A DNA stretch of 64,000 nt from Mobula birostris (Eukaryota), in the NCBI RefSeq assembly GCF_030028105.1, contig NC_092398.1, positions 24,691,649 to 24,755,648 of the forward strand. The letters are read 5' to 3'. A program made the position numbers and the translations under genes. Below, piece by piece: positions 63,401 to 64,000 of the stretch. The number at the start of each line of letters is the position of its first letter. Positions within the stretch are counted from its first letter, which is position 1. Under the pieces are notes generated by a model, which made no database searches, was not told the DNA's origin, and saw only the letters and a program-made list of their open reading frames with translations.

Positions 63401-64000
63401 CTGGACCTGCCTCTCGGTTTTTTTGCCTTACTTCCTTACTTCCCATTTTTCTATTTTCTATTTATGACTTATAATTTAAATTTTTAATATTTATTCATTT
63501 TAACTATTTTTACTATTTTAAATATTGAGTATTTGTGATCCAGGGAGTGTGAAGCGCAGAATCAAATATCGCTGTGATGATTTTACGTTCTAGTATCAAT
63601 TGTTTGGAGACAATAAAGTATAAAGTATAAGTATAAGCAGAAGTGTAAGTAGAGGAGGGGAGTCCAGGACAAGAGAGCACAGCCTTGTAATAGAAAGATG
63701 TCCATTTAAAACAGAGATGAGGAGGAATTTCTTTAGCCGGAGGATGGTGAATTTGCAGAATTTGTTGAGTTTTGTTCATTTGGGCTAGGTAATTATTTAA
63801 GACGCATGCACACTCTCCCAGTTATACGTGGCCACGCGAAAGGAGGAAGAGGAACTGTGTAATGTAAAGTTGGCGGCCTTGGGTATTGAATGGAGGCATA
63901 CAAAGTAAAGTGGTTTAAACAAAAGGAAAATGTGTCTTTGCTGTTTGGCCGTTATCAGTGGTAGCGGAGGACGGTTACGATCTATCGACCTCTGGGATAT
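53111..64000 (+). repeat. Second copy of the direct segmental duplication
   Basis: Colinear with 26788-41848, except that it lacks 32165-36558 and 38478-38719 and has about 250 extra nt in the hAT 3' region (61650-62100). Confidence 0.95.
59444..62370 (+). mobile_element. Duplicate of the hAT (ZMYM1-like) transposon
   Basis: Same TIRs; TSD ACGAGGAG/ACGAGGTG. ORF 61134-61649 ends with the dimerisation domain LPVTSASCERSFSCLRRVENYLRN. Confidence 0.9.

Noticed and set aside
26788-64000. Duplications as haplotype or assembly artefacts
   Set aside because: The copies differ by many substitutions, multi-kb indels and private TE insertions with TSDs, more than expected for uncollapsed alleles. Read depth would be the decisive test.

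Overview
Repeat-dense vertebrate genomic DNA, most likely a cartilaginous fish such as a ray. This is inferred from an HE1/V-type SINE, elasmobranch-style CR1 and Rex/Babar LINEs and a two-exon GPR139-like receptor. There are no prokaryotic features, no CRISPR array and no true rRNA or tRNA gene. One probably intact gene is present: a two-exon class A GPCR on the minus strand (54409-54229 joined to 53304-52334, 383 aa) whose last codons and stop come from a SINE head. A pseudogenised paralog lies at 26788-28071. There is also an orphan Ig C1-set (MHC class I alpha3-like) exon with an in-frame stop (42226-42495) and a relic Rab7 exon (17133-17261). Two large segmental duplications organise the window: an inverted one (about 1-9350 vs 19400-25640) and a direct one (26788-41848 vs 53111-64000+). 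They expose reciprocal empty sites for many TE insertions. The most unusual signal is a family of about 130-bp Penelope-related elements that start at a minimal type I hammerhead ribozyme motif (three short copies, two with TSDs, plus three longer degenerate ones). The rest is CR1, Rex/Babar and RTE-related LINE fragments, Tc1 and hAT derivatives, solo LTRs, SINEs, micro/minisatellites and one gap of about 200 N. All alignments were done by eye, so the boundaries of degenerate repeats are approximate.
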